Shown: positions 1 to 14,383 of the stretch, in pieces
Layout of the letters: each line of letters starts with the position of its first letter
How positions within the stretch are numbered: the first letter of the stretch is position 1
Source of the DNA: Sphaeroforma arctica JP610
Lineage: Eukaryota
Length of the DNA stretch: 46,708 bases
Direction: 5' to 3'
NCBI RefSeq assembly: GCF_001186125.1
Contig: NW_014040483.1
Location: 1 to 46,708, forward strand
Position numbers and translations under genes: made by a program
The notes under the pieces: model-generated
The model's input: the letters and a program-made list of their open reading frames with translations, nothing else
What the model was told of the DNA's origin: nothing
Database searches by the model: none

Positions 1-1896
1 TATATATATATGTATATAAAAGATACGACTTTATTTGCATTGTTTGTTCATATGTGATAGTTGTGTGGTGTCTGACATATTTGTCTTCTAAAACGAATCG
101 ATGAATGCAGTAGTCGTTGCTGCTTTTAGAACATTGCTTATGGTAAAGGTAAACAATATGCTGATCTACAAGTAAAGAACATGTCGGTGACATTCTACAC
201 TTCTGTTCTTGCCCGTAAGGTGATCAGCGTTTGCAAACTGCCAAGAATCAGTGATGTATGTACTTCCAATTTTATATTCGATGTAGGTGTCGTTATATTC
301 CCCAAGGTTCATTGTTCGAGAATATTCCCACATGGGTAACGTATCGTAGGAAGCTTTCACCTCTATTCCATACTACGAATGGCGTACTCCAATGTTTATG
401 AATCATACGTAGCAGATCTTGACTCCTTTTCGGCCCGAAGAATCGATATCAGGTTTGAGCAGCGTGTCGTCTGTTCAATCTCTATATTTACAATGGTGCA
501 AACTCTGCTAGAATCACAGGGGTACTGAAAGCTGACTTTTGTTCCCTTGATACCGCCGTCTACGTAGTACGGCCACACTGTCGCCTAAGTACCATGAAGA
601 CTATGTAAACCTAATGATCTTGCGTAAGTGATGCTGTTTTGGTTTTTGCAGCTAAATGCACATAGACAATCGTGCTATGGCGAAGTTCAGAACACATTGT
701 ACAATGTACTTCTTGCTCTAGTCTGCAATATTCACATTTATGTTCAATTAAGTTCTTTATGTATTCCATAAATTCCATCGGCCGCGTCATGGTGCAAAAT
801 ACACTCAGTGCTCAGGCATTCGATGCTAAAGCACGGATGTATTTTTTTATATGCAAATATATTGACCAGGTGAATGATTACAATGGGCAAGCGCAAAAAA
901 ATGATTTATCCGTACAGAATAGATGTCTTCCCATCGGAATTCCAACTTTTATTCCTCGAGGTTGAATTTCACCGAAGACAGGATCGGATTTGGTATTTAT
1001 AATATATATATATAATATATATACATACAAATTTTATATAAAGTTCTGTTGGGCTATCTTGCACATTCTTACTTCATTTCATCCAAATACTCGCCAAATA
1101 GTAGATCAACTTTTATAGGCGATATAGGCGAATCGGGCAAAATATGGAAATACCAGCTAACATTGGAAACTAGCTCAATATACAAGATATAAATACTTTT
1201 AGGCTTGTACTAATGAATTCAATTACGCACTTGCCAGCTGGAGGGAAAGGGAAAGATATTACTAGCATCCTAAAAAACCCTCCCCGTTCAAGAATATGCG
1301 CGTGATGTGATAATTGTAGTACTCGTTGAACCCAAAGGATCATCGTATACAACAGCTTGACATACATATAATCACCTTTAGTTGCTTAATATTACAACTT
1401 GCGAGTTTCCATCCTCGGCATGTTACAGTAAATCAAGGATGCTATGAGCATATCCATAGCAAACTAGCAGCAGTCAGGATTGTACTTATAATAGACCATG
1501 GTATGCGACATGATGCATCTACTTCTAACTGGCCTAGCACGGGCGAACAAAAAAAGAAAAGAAAAGCTTATCCCGGTGCACAAACTTCCCCACATGCGTA
1601 AGCGATGAACCAAAAAATATACACTCCCCACCCCATCGTCAATTTAGTATGCTTTATTGAGTGCTGTGTGTATACGTAGACGGACGCTTGGTGTTCGCTG
1701 TAGAAGTATCACTAATCATTGGAGCGCGAGAACACTTACCCCGATTGTGTATGTGCGTATGCGATACCCTCTAATTGTACAATATCACAACGTGCCATCT
1801 CTATTGCATTTAAACGCAAGATTGAGGCACGACGCACATACACCATCTGACCCATGTGCATATATACTCTCGTGCGGTTGACGACGGCTATCCGAG

Positions 1897-4800
1897 CTAC
1901 TGCTGTCGCCAATTGTTGTTCTGTCCCATATTAGTCCACGAAAGTGGGAGAGAATGCTGCTTTACCATCCGCAGTGCGTTCACAGAATTGCCTAACAGAG
2001 GAAGCGGATTATATAAAAAGTGTGAATGAATGGCGAGTTCAGTGCAGGATGAAAAGCAAACTATAAATACGATCATACAATATGAATACATTGAAAAAAT
2101 TATCAAAATTTGACAGTGGTTACATACCTCTTGCAATATCCATATATACGGCTATCAATACAGCCTGGGGCGGATACGGCACGGTTGGAGGAAGAAGGCG
2201 CATCAGAGCAATCATAGCGTTCTCCGCTCTGTCAAAGTCACCTCTACGGCAGAATCCCACGGCCAGATTGATCAGAAGTTGGGCCTTGAAAGCGGTCTGG
2301 GGCGAGTTCTGTACAAAACTCTGCACGCCTCGCGAGCTGTACAACATATTAGCACATTTGGTGCCCCCTCCAACTGATGAGTTGGCCAACATACCGGGAG
2401 AAGACTGTTGAGTGCTGCCGTTGTTGCTGCCAACACTCACACGCCCATTATTCGCATTACTGTTATGACTGCTGGACCCAGGCAGGGCCGCAGGCTGCAT
2501 ATGCGTGCTGTGCGGCAGAGTGTACGGGTCATTCATATTCACAGTCACATCCAAAAACGCACCTTCAAAGCCCTCTGCGGTGGGACTGAGCATGTGCTCA
2601 GCTTCCTGAATACGCCCGAGACGTATCAACGCCTCTCCCGCGTACAACTGCGCAATGCACCTCAGCGTGGGTGACACACTCTTGCTTGCGCTTCTTTCAG
2701 CATTACCGTCTGATGGCCGTTGCGTAAGGATGTCTTTACACACCGACAGGGCCGAGTTGTAGTCGCACAGGTGTAAGGACAGGTACACAATGTTCAGCTG
2801 GATGGTTGTCTCCACACACTCCGCATCCGGCCCTGAGAGCCCGTCCCCGTCATTATCAACAGTACTACTATTGTTGTTATTGCTATTTTGGTTGCCATGG
2901 TTGCCGCTATCGTCGTCCTTGTTCCCAGCCAGGCTCGCATTGGCACTCGCGTACGCACTCTGCACCTCTGTTGCCCTACTCTGCTGTGCACTCGCCAACA
3001 CCATGGCATTCCTAGCACACCACAGCCCAAATTGCAGCGAAGGCTCAGCATGCCCACACACGGGATTGGTCTCCATCGTTTCCTGTCGCTCCCCTGGGGA
3101 GACACTAGCCCTCCCACTCGCCAGGGTCATCTTGATTGGATCAGGGAAGTTCTCAGATATTACCACGGTCTTATACGGCTTGGTGCCTACGACCTTTTTC
3201 ACAATGGTCACAGGCTCTGATGCTCGATTGAAGGCCGTTCTCCTGGTTGCATGCACACCCACACAGCATTCGGCTAAGCGGAGCCACACCAGGGATTCGT
3301 TGCGGAAGGCGGGAATAGACCGCATGAAAGAGGCAAAGGCAGCCTTAGGCTGACCTGAGTACAGGAGCTGTAGTATACACAGGCACGAGGATGAATAATG
3401 TTAACAAATGTAGTAATTGGATTGCAGCCAGTCATTGCTGCAGGAACGGCCCATCGGTGTATGTTGAGAATCCGAAGCGTGATTACTATTCTGAATTTCA
3501 ACATAATTACACGCACAAAATCGCGGTGGCAGCTATTCAGTTAACGGGCAAATTAGGTGTGCACTGATACTTACATGTCCGTTCGTCCTGGTCGGAAAGG
3601 ATTGAACATGATACAGCTCGTGCATTTGAAAGACGAGTGTTTTATTATTATAAATAAAGATACACAGGAAACTCGAGCACACAATCTTGGTCTATACATA
3701 CCTGTAATCCATGGTTGTACGCCAACTCATAACGTTTATCGGCTTCCAACACCGATGTACCTTGGCTCGCTGATTGCGCGGCCGCTAACACTTCATTAGC
3801 TTTCCATGCCTTAGCAAAGTAGAATGCGGCCATGTTCGGTTTGTTCAATTGGAAATGGACTGTAGATGACATAACGAATGGAAAGAATACGGTCTTAATT
3901 ACTAACACCACCCGTTTATGTAATCATACTATTCGCAGACTGTTTTGGACCTTCATCAACTTATCGGTACCTATGTGAACCCAAAAGCAAGTAAGAGGCC
4001 ATATCGCACAAATAAGTCTGTGCAAGATTAACTTTATCGCCCACCATGTGTAAGAATTCGCTCACCTATGGCCAAATTATTATAGTAGAGCACGGGTAGC
4101 ACAGTACTCGCGGGCAGATTAGGACACCCGTTGAGCAACTTTATGGCCTTGCGGTGATTCTTCCGCAGGTACTCAAAATTACCCTTCAGGAATAATCCGG
4201 CAGGCTCCTGTAAGGAGAATGAGTGACGGTTTGTTGTTGGAAATGGAGTGATAGGCAGGTGGCGCAGTGCAGTGAGCAGGAGCAAGCACTGGCAAGATGT
4301 ATCAAGCACGCGCAATTATGTGAATTAGATATGCGACGCGTGCTTCAAAATAGGTAGGGATTCGGTACAAAGAAATAGTTCGTCCAGGACCTGCCTGTTC
4401 GAGCGAGAGACTTATATCATACCGAATTACTGGCATTCAGACAGGATTTCATTTCCCGTTTGCACAGCTTGAACGAGCGCGTCATGATATACAGCTTAGC
4501 TTTGTACAGATGGAATAAGAAGCGGAACTGCGAAATCTCTTCCTCTGGTTGCGACTGTAGGTGGTGTGCAAGTGGAAAGGGGTGAGTACTACACGGAGAT
4601 TACAACTGGCGCCTTCGCATCTGTCGAGTTGATATCACGCATTACAACTAACATGTAGGTATGTACAGTTTCACTCTGAGCAATCCATGTGTAAACTGGT
4701 ATGTATTGGTACTGTAAACGTCTATTTGAGGTGAGTTGAAAGCTCAATAGCAATCGCCTATTGGAGATAAGTTGAGACACACCTTTTCCTTGTCTTTGTC

Positions 4801-6315
4801 CTTATCCTTCTCGTCCTTGTCAATGCCTACCATGTCTTTGTCAAGAAGTTCGAAGGCGCGCGCAGCCCGTCCCGCATCACCGATCAGAAGACATACATCC
4901 AACAGCAGAAAGCATATGTTCTGTGAAAGCCTGTCTGATGTAGAGCTCAAGAACCTGTTAGACGTACAGCATTTTAGGAATAGTAAAGGCCCGAGAGAGA
5001 ACCCAAGTAAGCAAACTTGAATATTTACCATAAGAGGATTTGTGATGGAATGTCAAAAATTCACACGTGTTAGCACACCGGCCGTAGAACCTCTAAGACC
5101 CTGGAATTCTCGATACGAGTAAGAAAAGCGAACGAACGAGCTGGGATGAAGCATGCGTAAGACAATCACACAATTTTATCAAAACATCCTCATGACATCA
5201 CCGCATATAGCCAGTCAATTTTTGTCGTGGAGAAATAGAGCATCTCACAGAGTAGAACACATGAATAGTGAGCGAGACACTACCATCACATAACAAACTC
5301 CTACTGGACCATATTATCGATAGGTAATACATATATGGAAAGCGAGACACTACCACCACATAACCAACTTCTACTGGACCATGTAACCGATACGTAATAC
5401 ATATATGGAGAGCGAGACACTACCACCACATAACCAACTCCTAACAAAATCCTACTGGACCATATAATCGATACGTAATACATATATGGAGACACTACCA
5501 CCACATAACCATTCGCTACTGGACCCTATAACCGATACGTAATACACATATGGAGAGCGAGACACACCATCACATAACCATCTCCTACTGGACTATATAA
5601 CCGATACGTAATACATATATGGAGAGCGAGACACTACCATCACATAACCATCTCCTACTGGACCATATCACCGATACGTATATAATTTCCAAGCATTCAG
5701 CATTTGTACATGAATTCATCTATAAATAACCGCAGTCACAACCACTGCCAGTTTAACTAAAAATCTGGATGGTCCATCACAGCGGAGTTGAAGTGACCTG
5801 CGCGCTACAGCATCTGTGAACATCTTAAATCCGTCCCAAAACATAATAGCGGGACAATACTGAACAACCACACCTTCCCCGAACTCTATACTTTCAAATG
5901 TAAATTCGTACAAATAGCACGATTACACCAGCTTCAACATACACCAGAAGCCTATCGAGTTCTGATGCGGCGGCATGGAACTGTCGCGCGGAGTACAGCA
6001 CGAGTGATTTGTTAAAGGCTGCAACCATGCCTTCCATGTTCATTCCCCTCTGCTCATCCTTTTGTTCCGTCGCGAAGGGCTTCAGCACGCGTGTGAAGCT
6101 CTCAAGCGTAGTTTGAATGCAAGGGCGTGTGCCTGACTCCACTGCACAGTACTTAGTGAGCAGCAGGTTGTGCTTGATCTGCGAGATAGAACAAAGTGAA
6201 AGTTTTAGAATTTCTATGGAGGTTCGACCCAATATATACACACACACATGCACACACATGCACACACACACACACACCTATATATATATATATATATATA
6301 TATACATCTACATAT

Positions 6316-6346
<31 letters not shown>

Positions 6347-6764
6347 CACAGATATACATACATACACACATACATTCATACACACACATATATAGACTGA
6401 CTAAGATTTCCGTGTGCTTTTACTAAGAATGATGTCTAGTATTTACTTAGGATAGAAAGTATACGCGTGCCCTATAAAGGTCGCGGAAAAGAGCACAGTT
6501 GGCTACACATTTCAATTTTATGCGGGTTAAAACACAGACGCATATCGATAGTACAAGAAAGCGCATGTATCGAAACAAATGTGCGCAGATGAAAGGCCAC
6601 TAGGGACGACGCATGTATGTGGGACCAGTAATAAGGAACATATTGATTCAAACATCGGCAGAGCATTTGCGTATATCCACGAAAACAGACAGAAAATTCG
6701 TTGTTCATCAGCGAGTGTTCTGAAAATAGCAGATAAAAACACACACACACAAACACAAACATAA

Positions 6765-6805
<41 letters not shown>

Positions 6806-6983
6806 AACACTTATACACACATATATACACACAAACACAAATTTACATCCATACATACATATTGATATATATATATATAAATAGAAATAGAATAGAATAG
6901 AATAGAAAATATATACATATACATAAACATACACCCACATGCATATATATATACATATGCATACACACACACACACACACACA

Positions 6984-7024
<41 letters not shown>

Positions 7025-7042
7025 ATAAATATATATATATAC

Positions 7043-7075
<33 letters not shown>

Positions 7076-7905
7076 CTTGTACACATATACAGAACACACT
7101 CCCATACAAGCACACATATATATATATATATATTCATATCTACAAATACAATCGCAAATACAGACAAACAAACAAACAAACACACATATATATGAATTAT
7201 ATAAATAGAAAATATCTATATCTATATTTAAATATGCATATCAAAATAAATACAAGCATATATATATATATATATAAATATATATTAATATACATACATA
7301 CATACACACGCACAAACACACACACATACACATACACACACATACACACACATATATATATATATTTCTACACATATATACATATATATTTCTACACATA
7401 AATGAATACATAAATACATATACATACATACATATATATATATGTATTAAACCCTAAAACTCGCACTCACACTCACACACCCACAAACACAAACACAAAC
7501 ACACACACATATATATATATGTATGCATGTACACATATACATATACAGAACACACTCCTATACATAAACGCAAACGCACACATATATACACATACACACA
7601 CACATATATTTATATATATGCATGATATATATAAATACATATATGTATATATATATAAATATGAGTAAATATAAATACAATTTATATATATAGATATATT
7701 GATATATGTTCATATTTACAAGCACAATCGCAAAGACAGACAGACAAACAAACACGCACATATATATATAGAAATAGAGAAACATATAAATAAGAATATC
7801 TCCATCTATATATATATACATATGTATATCAGTTTAAATATAACTGTATAACTATATATTAATATATATAAATACATATATACATACATACGCACAAACA
7901 CACAT

Positions 7906-7949
<44 letters not shown>

Positions 7950-8008
7950 TATATATATATATATTCATATACATAAATACATACATACATACACATACCT
8001 ACACACAC

Positions 8009-8039
<31 letters not shown>

Positions 8040-8118
8040 GATATAAATACACACATATATATATATATAGATATAGATATATATATATATACAAACACAC
8101 ACACACCCACCTTATATG

Positions 8119-8159
<41 letters not shown>

Positions 8160-8838
8160 CACACACACACACACACACACTCACTCACTCACACATTTAT
8201 ATATATTCCACAAACACAAACGCAAACAAAAGGCGACGAATACACACAAGCACCTCTAAATATATTCCACACACAAAACGCAAACCAAAATGTATCGAAC
8301 ACACACACACACACACACACAACACACACACATATATGTATATATAGAAACATACATATATACGCACACNNNNNNNNNNNNNNNNNNNNTATAACTTCTG
8401 CCGTTTTTGCATCTTTTAGCACGCTCGTCGCACTATGAAGTGATACGTACTATAGCACATATTTAGGCTCGTTGGATGCTGTACATCTAGTTTTTGGCAG
8501 CATCAATATTCATCGATTATATAATCGGGCTTGTACCTCAGATCATGTATTATGGTATGGCTCTCCTGACGATTCAGAAAAATTAATCGTCGAATTACAG
8601 TAGATATACAGAAGATTAAGTGCCACACCTACAAAAACTAGTTAGATTTGGCTGCACCAGTCTACCATACATACGTATATGCATACATATCTAAGTACTG
8701 TATATCGGCTTAGTATACCTTAGGATCATTCGGGTTGCTTCGTTGGAGGGTATGTAATTTCTCCAGGCATGCCTTGTAATTGCCACTCACAAAGTCTGCA
8801 TGCGCAGAGTTGGCTAGTTTATCGTTGCCACCCGTCAT
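1897..8838 (-). CDS. CNOT10: CCR4-NOT transcription complex subunit 10 (TPR-like), spliced, ~8 exons
   Basis: Manually spliced GT-AG exons: 8838-8719 ([40 protein letters not shown]), 6178-~5929 (IKHNLLL...[13 protein letters not shown]), ~4934-4784 ([12 protein letters not shown]), 4554-4423 ([27 protein letters not shown]), 4207-4066 ([22 protein letters not shown]...YYNNLA), 3859-3702 ([17 protein letters not shown]...[10 protein letters not shown]), 3367-2128 ([11 protein letters not shown]...VWLRLAECC...[14 protein letters not shown]...LLINLA), 1991-1897. These motifs match CNOT10 as I recall it. The exon 2/3 junction is uncertain by a few nt. Confidence 0.92.
5270..5680. repeat. Intronic minisatellite, ~70-bp unit x ~6 (CNOT10 intron)
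   Basis: Repeats of gagcgagacactaccaYcacataacca..ctactggaccatat.accgatacgtaatacatatatgga. Confidence 0.9.
6231..8369. repeat. Compound (TA)n/(CA)n/(TACA)n microsatellite tracts in CNOT10 intron 1
   Basis: Dinucleotide and tetranucleotide runs are directly visible, with a short unique stretch at ~6400-6735. Confidence 0.9.
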
Positions 8839-9545
8839 CGCGGCGTAGCGTTCCTAATCTTTTTGCTGCTTCGGGCTGAGAGGATTGATTTATCCAAGTG
8901 TGTACTACGTAGTGTGTGTGTTGTGTGTATGTACCTATGTAGCACTTCACACACTGTATTTGGTTATACCGATCTATAGTTACGTGTTTAGTTTAATATA
9001 CTTGTGAATACCTATAAATACTTCGTATATTTGGCTCTCGTCTCACCACCTTTCTCCCATCGGTTGTGCTCTCTCTGTCTCTCAGTCGCTCGCGTTGTTG
9101 TTGGGCATAGGCAGTCAGCGTCTCACAGTCCCAAATGATGAGACTTGGGAGTCTGAGACCCAGTCTCCAGACCCTATAAATATTTTTCTCTCTCCGTTTT
9201 TCTTCGTGTTTTCTAGAAATAAATAGTTTATCAAGCATATATTGTAAATACTCTCTTGTAGTTCAGATAAACAACTAATCTAAATAAATATATGAGCCAA
9301 ACTGTCGTCATACACTGTATATAAACAAGGAGAATACAAGACTTGCAACACAGTCTGCAACGACTCAAGCGGTCAGTATTCTTTCATGTAGATCAAAAAT
9401 ACACCATAAATAGACACATCCATGTGATTATCGGCATGTCTACTTCTGTATTCGAACCATAAACCTTGTTGAGCGAACAACGAATTAGCGCTTATTGAAA
9501 ACAAGCTTGTATAGCTCACCCATACCAGTTCAACAAATTGCCAAA
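8839..9545. promoter_or_regulatory. Short intergenic region between divergent CNOT10 and B4GALT7 (putative bidirectional promoter)
   Basis: The start codons at 8838 (minus) and 9546 (plus) face away from each other, 707 bp apart. Confidence 0.5.
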
Positions 9546-12500
9546 ATGCGGTTTCTTTATCGTCTGGTACTGATTGTGGTCTTGATGATCATCATATCGT
9601 ACGTCACCATACACGAGTATAATGATGACAGTGAAGTGGTCAAGCCCGAAGAGGTGGTTTTTGCACCTTCTGCATTAAATAGGTTGGACGATGTGGCCAG
9701 GACTTGTGATGTTACTTCACCAATTAAATGGCGTGAACGGAGGCTACCGGGTCAACACAGGCTGGGAATAGTAGTACCATATAAAAACAGAATGAAGGTG
9801 AGAAGAGTTTAGTGTTCTATACTGAAACATGTTGTATTCTTATCTATTCACACTGTCATTGCGCACGGAAGAATAGTGATATGTGCTGTGTGACGTGTAT
9901 ACATATTTGTAGTTTCTATATAGGGTACTAATATCGAAAGGCATCAACACACAAGCACACATACAGACACAAACAAACACACACAAACACACACACACAC
10001 ACACATACATACACACACACACACACATACACACACACACGCACACACACATACACACANNNNNNNNNNNNNNNNNNNNNNNNNNNNNNNNNNNNNNNNN
10101 NNNNNNNNNNNNNNNNNNNNNNNNNNNNNNNNNNNNNNNNNNNNNNNNNNNNNNNNNNNNNNNNNNNNNNNNNNNNNNNNNNNNNNNNNNNNNNNNNNNN
10201 NNNNNNNNNNNNNNNNNNNNNNNNNNNNNNNNNNNNNNNNNNNNNNNNNNNNNNNNNNNNNNNNNNNNNNNNNNNNNNNNNNNNNNNNNNNNNNNNNNNN
10301 NNNNNNNNNNNNNNNNNNNNNNNNNNNNNNNNNNNNNNNNNNNNNNNNNNNNNNNNNNNNNNNNNNNNNNNNNNNNNNNNNNNNNNNNNNNNNNNNNNNN
10401 NNNNNNNNNNNNNNNNNNNNNNNNNNNNNNNNNNNNNNNNNNNNNNNNNNNNNNNNNNNNNNNNNNNNNNNNNNNNNNNNNNNNNNNNNNNNNNNNNNNN
10501 GTTTATATTAACATACAAAAGTTAAGAGGCATCAATATACATACATCGACATATAGATGGGATAGACCGTGCCATATAGCGAGGGAAGTGCGCGGGACAT
10601 ACAATTAGAAGTCATAAATTTAATTACTTCGGCGCAAATCCGTACCACGTTCAACACTTTGTTATGGAAAAGTAGATCCATGTCTTATGTAAAATCATGT
10701 CATGTTTACGATCGCAAACGCTTGCAACTTGAAAAAGAGGTTACCAGCGCTTAAATCCCCACGAACAAATATTAGTTATACAAATGACATCCTCGTGGTT
10801 GCTTCTGAAAAGCGGGGTGCACATTTCATGCAGAAGCCGATTCGATATCGAGTTTGCACACAACACGAAAAAAGAATGCATCTCGGTCCAATCCTAACCA
10901 TGTAAAGTGATGGCTATATGTGCGTGTACACTTGACGCCGTTCCATATCCTCACAGGAGCTTCAAACGTTTGTGCCCCACATGGAGAAGTTCTTGAAAGC
11001 CCAGGGCGTCGACCACGAATACTTTGTATGTAGTGTTGGTGTGTGTTGGTAGCTGGGATTAGGTGTTAGGTGGACATTACAACCATGAGCTCCTAGGATC
11101 GGTGTTTGTTGCCCTGGTGCAATGTTACAGTTGGATTCTAAGTCTGGCCTGCATAGCGATGATGAATACTCGCAGGCATATTCGCACGTGACGTGCGCTG
11201 TCTGATGCGGCAGTACTCCTATTGTGCCCATACTTAAATTATCATGTGTTTATACGACGGGTGAACACTCGCGGCTAAGGCATTTCTAGACGTTTGTTGT
11301 GCTTATGTATCTGTGTAGCGTTTCCTTCTGCTGAACATGCTGGGGTATCCCCTGAGAACTTATAAATAAATCGGCGTTGTCACTCGCCCCTCTCCTGTGG
11401 GACCGGCGGGTACACACTCACTGAAAGGGCTGCACCACGCACCACAGATATTTATAGTTTACTGGTGCGTGTAATGAACAACAGTCACCCGTCTATGCAA
11501 TGCATGAGCACTTCTAAGCCCTTTGCGGCAAGCCACACACTCATCGGATGTCATCGACACAGCTGTAGAGGCGCAACTTTCGGTGCCGATTCTCCTGTAC
11601 AGCCTCTCATAGATCGCATGCGTCTATGCACGTGCTGCTGCAGATCCCGCAGACGACTTGCCCTCCACTTGAAACACGGTTGCAGATCTCATGCATGATG
11701 CACGCCCTACACGAATACTATGACAGATCACCAACCAGTTAGATGACTGGAGGTTCAACCGAGGGTCACTGCTGAACATTGGGGCCATCATGAGCGGTGC
11801 CTTTGACTGTGACTACATTGCGCTGCACGATGTGGATCTGTTGCCAAATCAGATTGAGCTGAACTATAGGTATGGTGCTGTGGTTGGCCGGTATGGGCTA
11901 CGCATGGTGGGTGGAAGCAGGGGTTAGTTGTTCACGAACTGTTACTTTAAGATGTTAGTCTTGTCTTGCGAGATAGTGTTGGTGTAGTACATTTTTCATA
12001 TACAGGTCAATCAACACTACAACGGCATACAGAGGGTCCGTGCACATACTTAGACAGCAATCGTCCTCCCTTGCGAAATAGCACAGGTCTCAACTCACAG
12101 CAGGTACCACTTATCCTAGCATTACCACAAACATGTTAATAGGTCTCCGCTCACGATACCGGTCTTGCTACTGTCAGGTTTCCCGAGAAGGGCCCGTACC
12201 ACGTGGCCGCCCCCGGGCTGCACCCCAAATACAAATTCAGCAAATTTTTGGGTGGTATTCTGATAATGTCCAAAGCAAACTACATGCAAATCAATGGCTT
12301 CTCCAACAAGGTACAGGGCGGTAAACGTACACGTTGTGAGTTAGTGGCGTGATAGGGACAAGCTACAGTATAGACTGTCTTGTGATACACAGATGAAGGT
12401 GCAGGCATTCGGATACTCATGGGCCATTTGTCTTGTGCGCCTGTTTGACTGATCATGTGCCGCTCTGGTGTGTCTATCACAAGCGTGTTCGTACTTACAC

Positions 12501-14383
12501 CCAGTACGGAAACGACTCTCATATCCGTGTTTGGTATATAGTACGTTCTGTTGATGCACATGTATGGTGAACGAACCGTATAACGTTTTATTCAGAGTTC
12601 AGTATACTTGCAGTGTAATTACACGCATCTACGCCGAAGGACTAAGTATCAGATCGCGTGATTGATGGCACCGGCATGTGCCGCTGTCCAGTTAACTACT
12701 GAATTGCTCGGTAGAACCTGTCATAGCAACGCAAAAATTCTCCGACGATAATGATGTAGCCCGTGATTGTTCTGAGCCATTTCCTGAGTTACGTATCGGC
12801 ATTCACAAACTCTGACTGTATAACCAAGGCCATACTCTTCTAGGTTCACCTGAGTTGTATATTGAATGTTATCACAAGACAGCGCATAGACTAGTCTCTA
12901 AAATACTCATACAGATATACTCATAGTGCACGTAATTGGTACAATGCAGTTCTGGGGATGGGGCAAGGAGGACGACGAGTTCCGCCGGCGGATACTATTG
13001 CAAGACCTTCAAATTTACCGGCCACCACAACTGAAGTCTGGACAGAAAAGCACCTTCATCCACATACATGGTACGCTGGCTGTTTAGATTCTGTACTACT
13101 GGCAAGCTACCTGGCTGTGTGTGTATACAAACGCACATCCAGGTGCACAGTGCTGTGGACGATAGTTGCTGCGGTATTAGTGGCTATTGTGTGTGTGTGG
13201 CTACTCATGTCCATGCTCTCGTCGACATGTGCGATGACGGCCTTGTGGTTAGCTTGATGTATTGGCCGGATGTTGGGGTTAGGCACTGGAGTATATATAT
13301 CGACGTGCGCTTGTGTGCTTCAAATGACCGTCGCACGTCAATAGCTTGGGTTCTACTTGCTGAGGTTACCTTCTTACTACTGACCTTTTCTGATACATCC
13401 TGGGCTTTATCTCAATGCTGGACTGACGTAAACATTGCCAATCTATTGCAGGTGAGGAGAGGGAGCGTGATACGAAACGGACGGGCGGGCAGCGGAAGAT
13501 ATTTGATACGACCGATGTCACCAATGTAGGTTCGCAAGCGACACGTATCTGCTTGTGTATTGATCATGTACAAGTATACTGTCTTGTATGCATGCGCAAG
13601 ACACCCATGCACTTGTGTATATGCAAGTTTGGACGTGTATGTGTACGTACAGATGTGTGTGTGTGTGTTTGTGTACCGTACGTACATTCAATTTGTGAGT
13701 CCTTATCTGGCATGTATTGCTCTTCTTACCCATGAGTGTTTTCTAGGAGTCGACCGTGTTGTACTAGATCGGGGCTCTCACTCTACGCAATGCCGATTGT
13801 ATGCTCTATATAGTATTGCAGTCTATGCGCAGAGCATGGCAACAAGTCTATTGCATTTTTCTTGACAAATCTGTGTGTACATGTATGTATACATTTGTGT
13901 GAGTGTGCATGTATGTGTACAGTTGTGAGTGTGCATGTATATGTACAGTTGTGTGTGTGGGACGTGACGAAAGTCCATAGCACAACGTCAAGTTGCAAAG
14001 TGTGCACTGGCTTCACTGTCAGCTGTTCCACCTGTGCGCGTACTGTCTCCCGGCCACACTGCGTTTGTGTTTCTGCTTCGTATACCTCGGGATGTCTTAT
14101 GACATGATGAATCAATGAGAGTTTGACGAGTGATCTAATTTACTATATATATATATATACATATATTTATATCCAGGGATACAACACCACTACCTGGGAT
14201 GATGCGTGCATCAACCAGATCACGATAGCCAATCGACAGGTGAACATGGTGGAGGTCAACCTGATGTGTGATAAGAAGGAGACACCGTGGTGCGAGCCTG
14301 GTCTGCCCGAGGATCCGTTGACGCCAGAAGAACTAGCCAAGCAAGCCAAGCAAGAGGCCAAGAAGAGGAAGCGAAGGCCTTAA
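9546..14383 (+). CDS. B4GALT7: Beta-1,4-galactosyltransferase 7 (xylosylprotein 4-beta-galactosyltransferase, GT7 family), type II membrane protein, 7 exons
   Basis: Exons 9546-9797 (N-terminal TM, HRLGIVVPYKNR), 10957-11025 (ELQTFVPHMEKFL), 11727-11869 (NQLDDWRFNRGSLLNIG...DYIALHDVDLLP, DxD motif), 12178-12310 (GPYHVAAPGLHPKY...FLGGIL...NGFSNK), 12950-13070 (FWGWGKEDDEF), 13452-13525, 14177-14383 (CDKKETPWC). All intron phases are compatible. HVAxPxLHP and CDKxxTPWC are characteristic of B4GALT7. Confidence 0.93.

Noticed and set aside
2790..3353. 187-aa plus-strand ORF with hydrophobic N-terminus
   Set aside because: It is the antisense shadow of the large CNOT10 exon; the Leu run mirrors the Asn/Ser codons.
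6117..8438. Many ORFs rich in Y/I/C/V/H/T
   Set aside because: They are translations of (TA)n/(CA)n microsatellites in an intron.
8390..8450. Possible extra CNOT10 exon ([12 protein letters not shown])
   Set aside because: Exon 8838-8719 splices in phase directly to 6178 and gives the expected NDPK-IKHN continuity.
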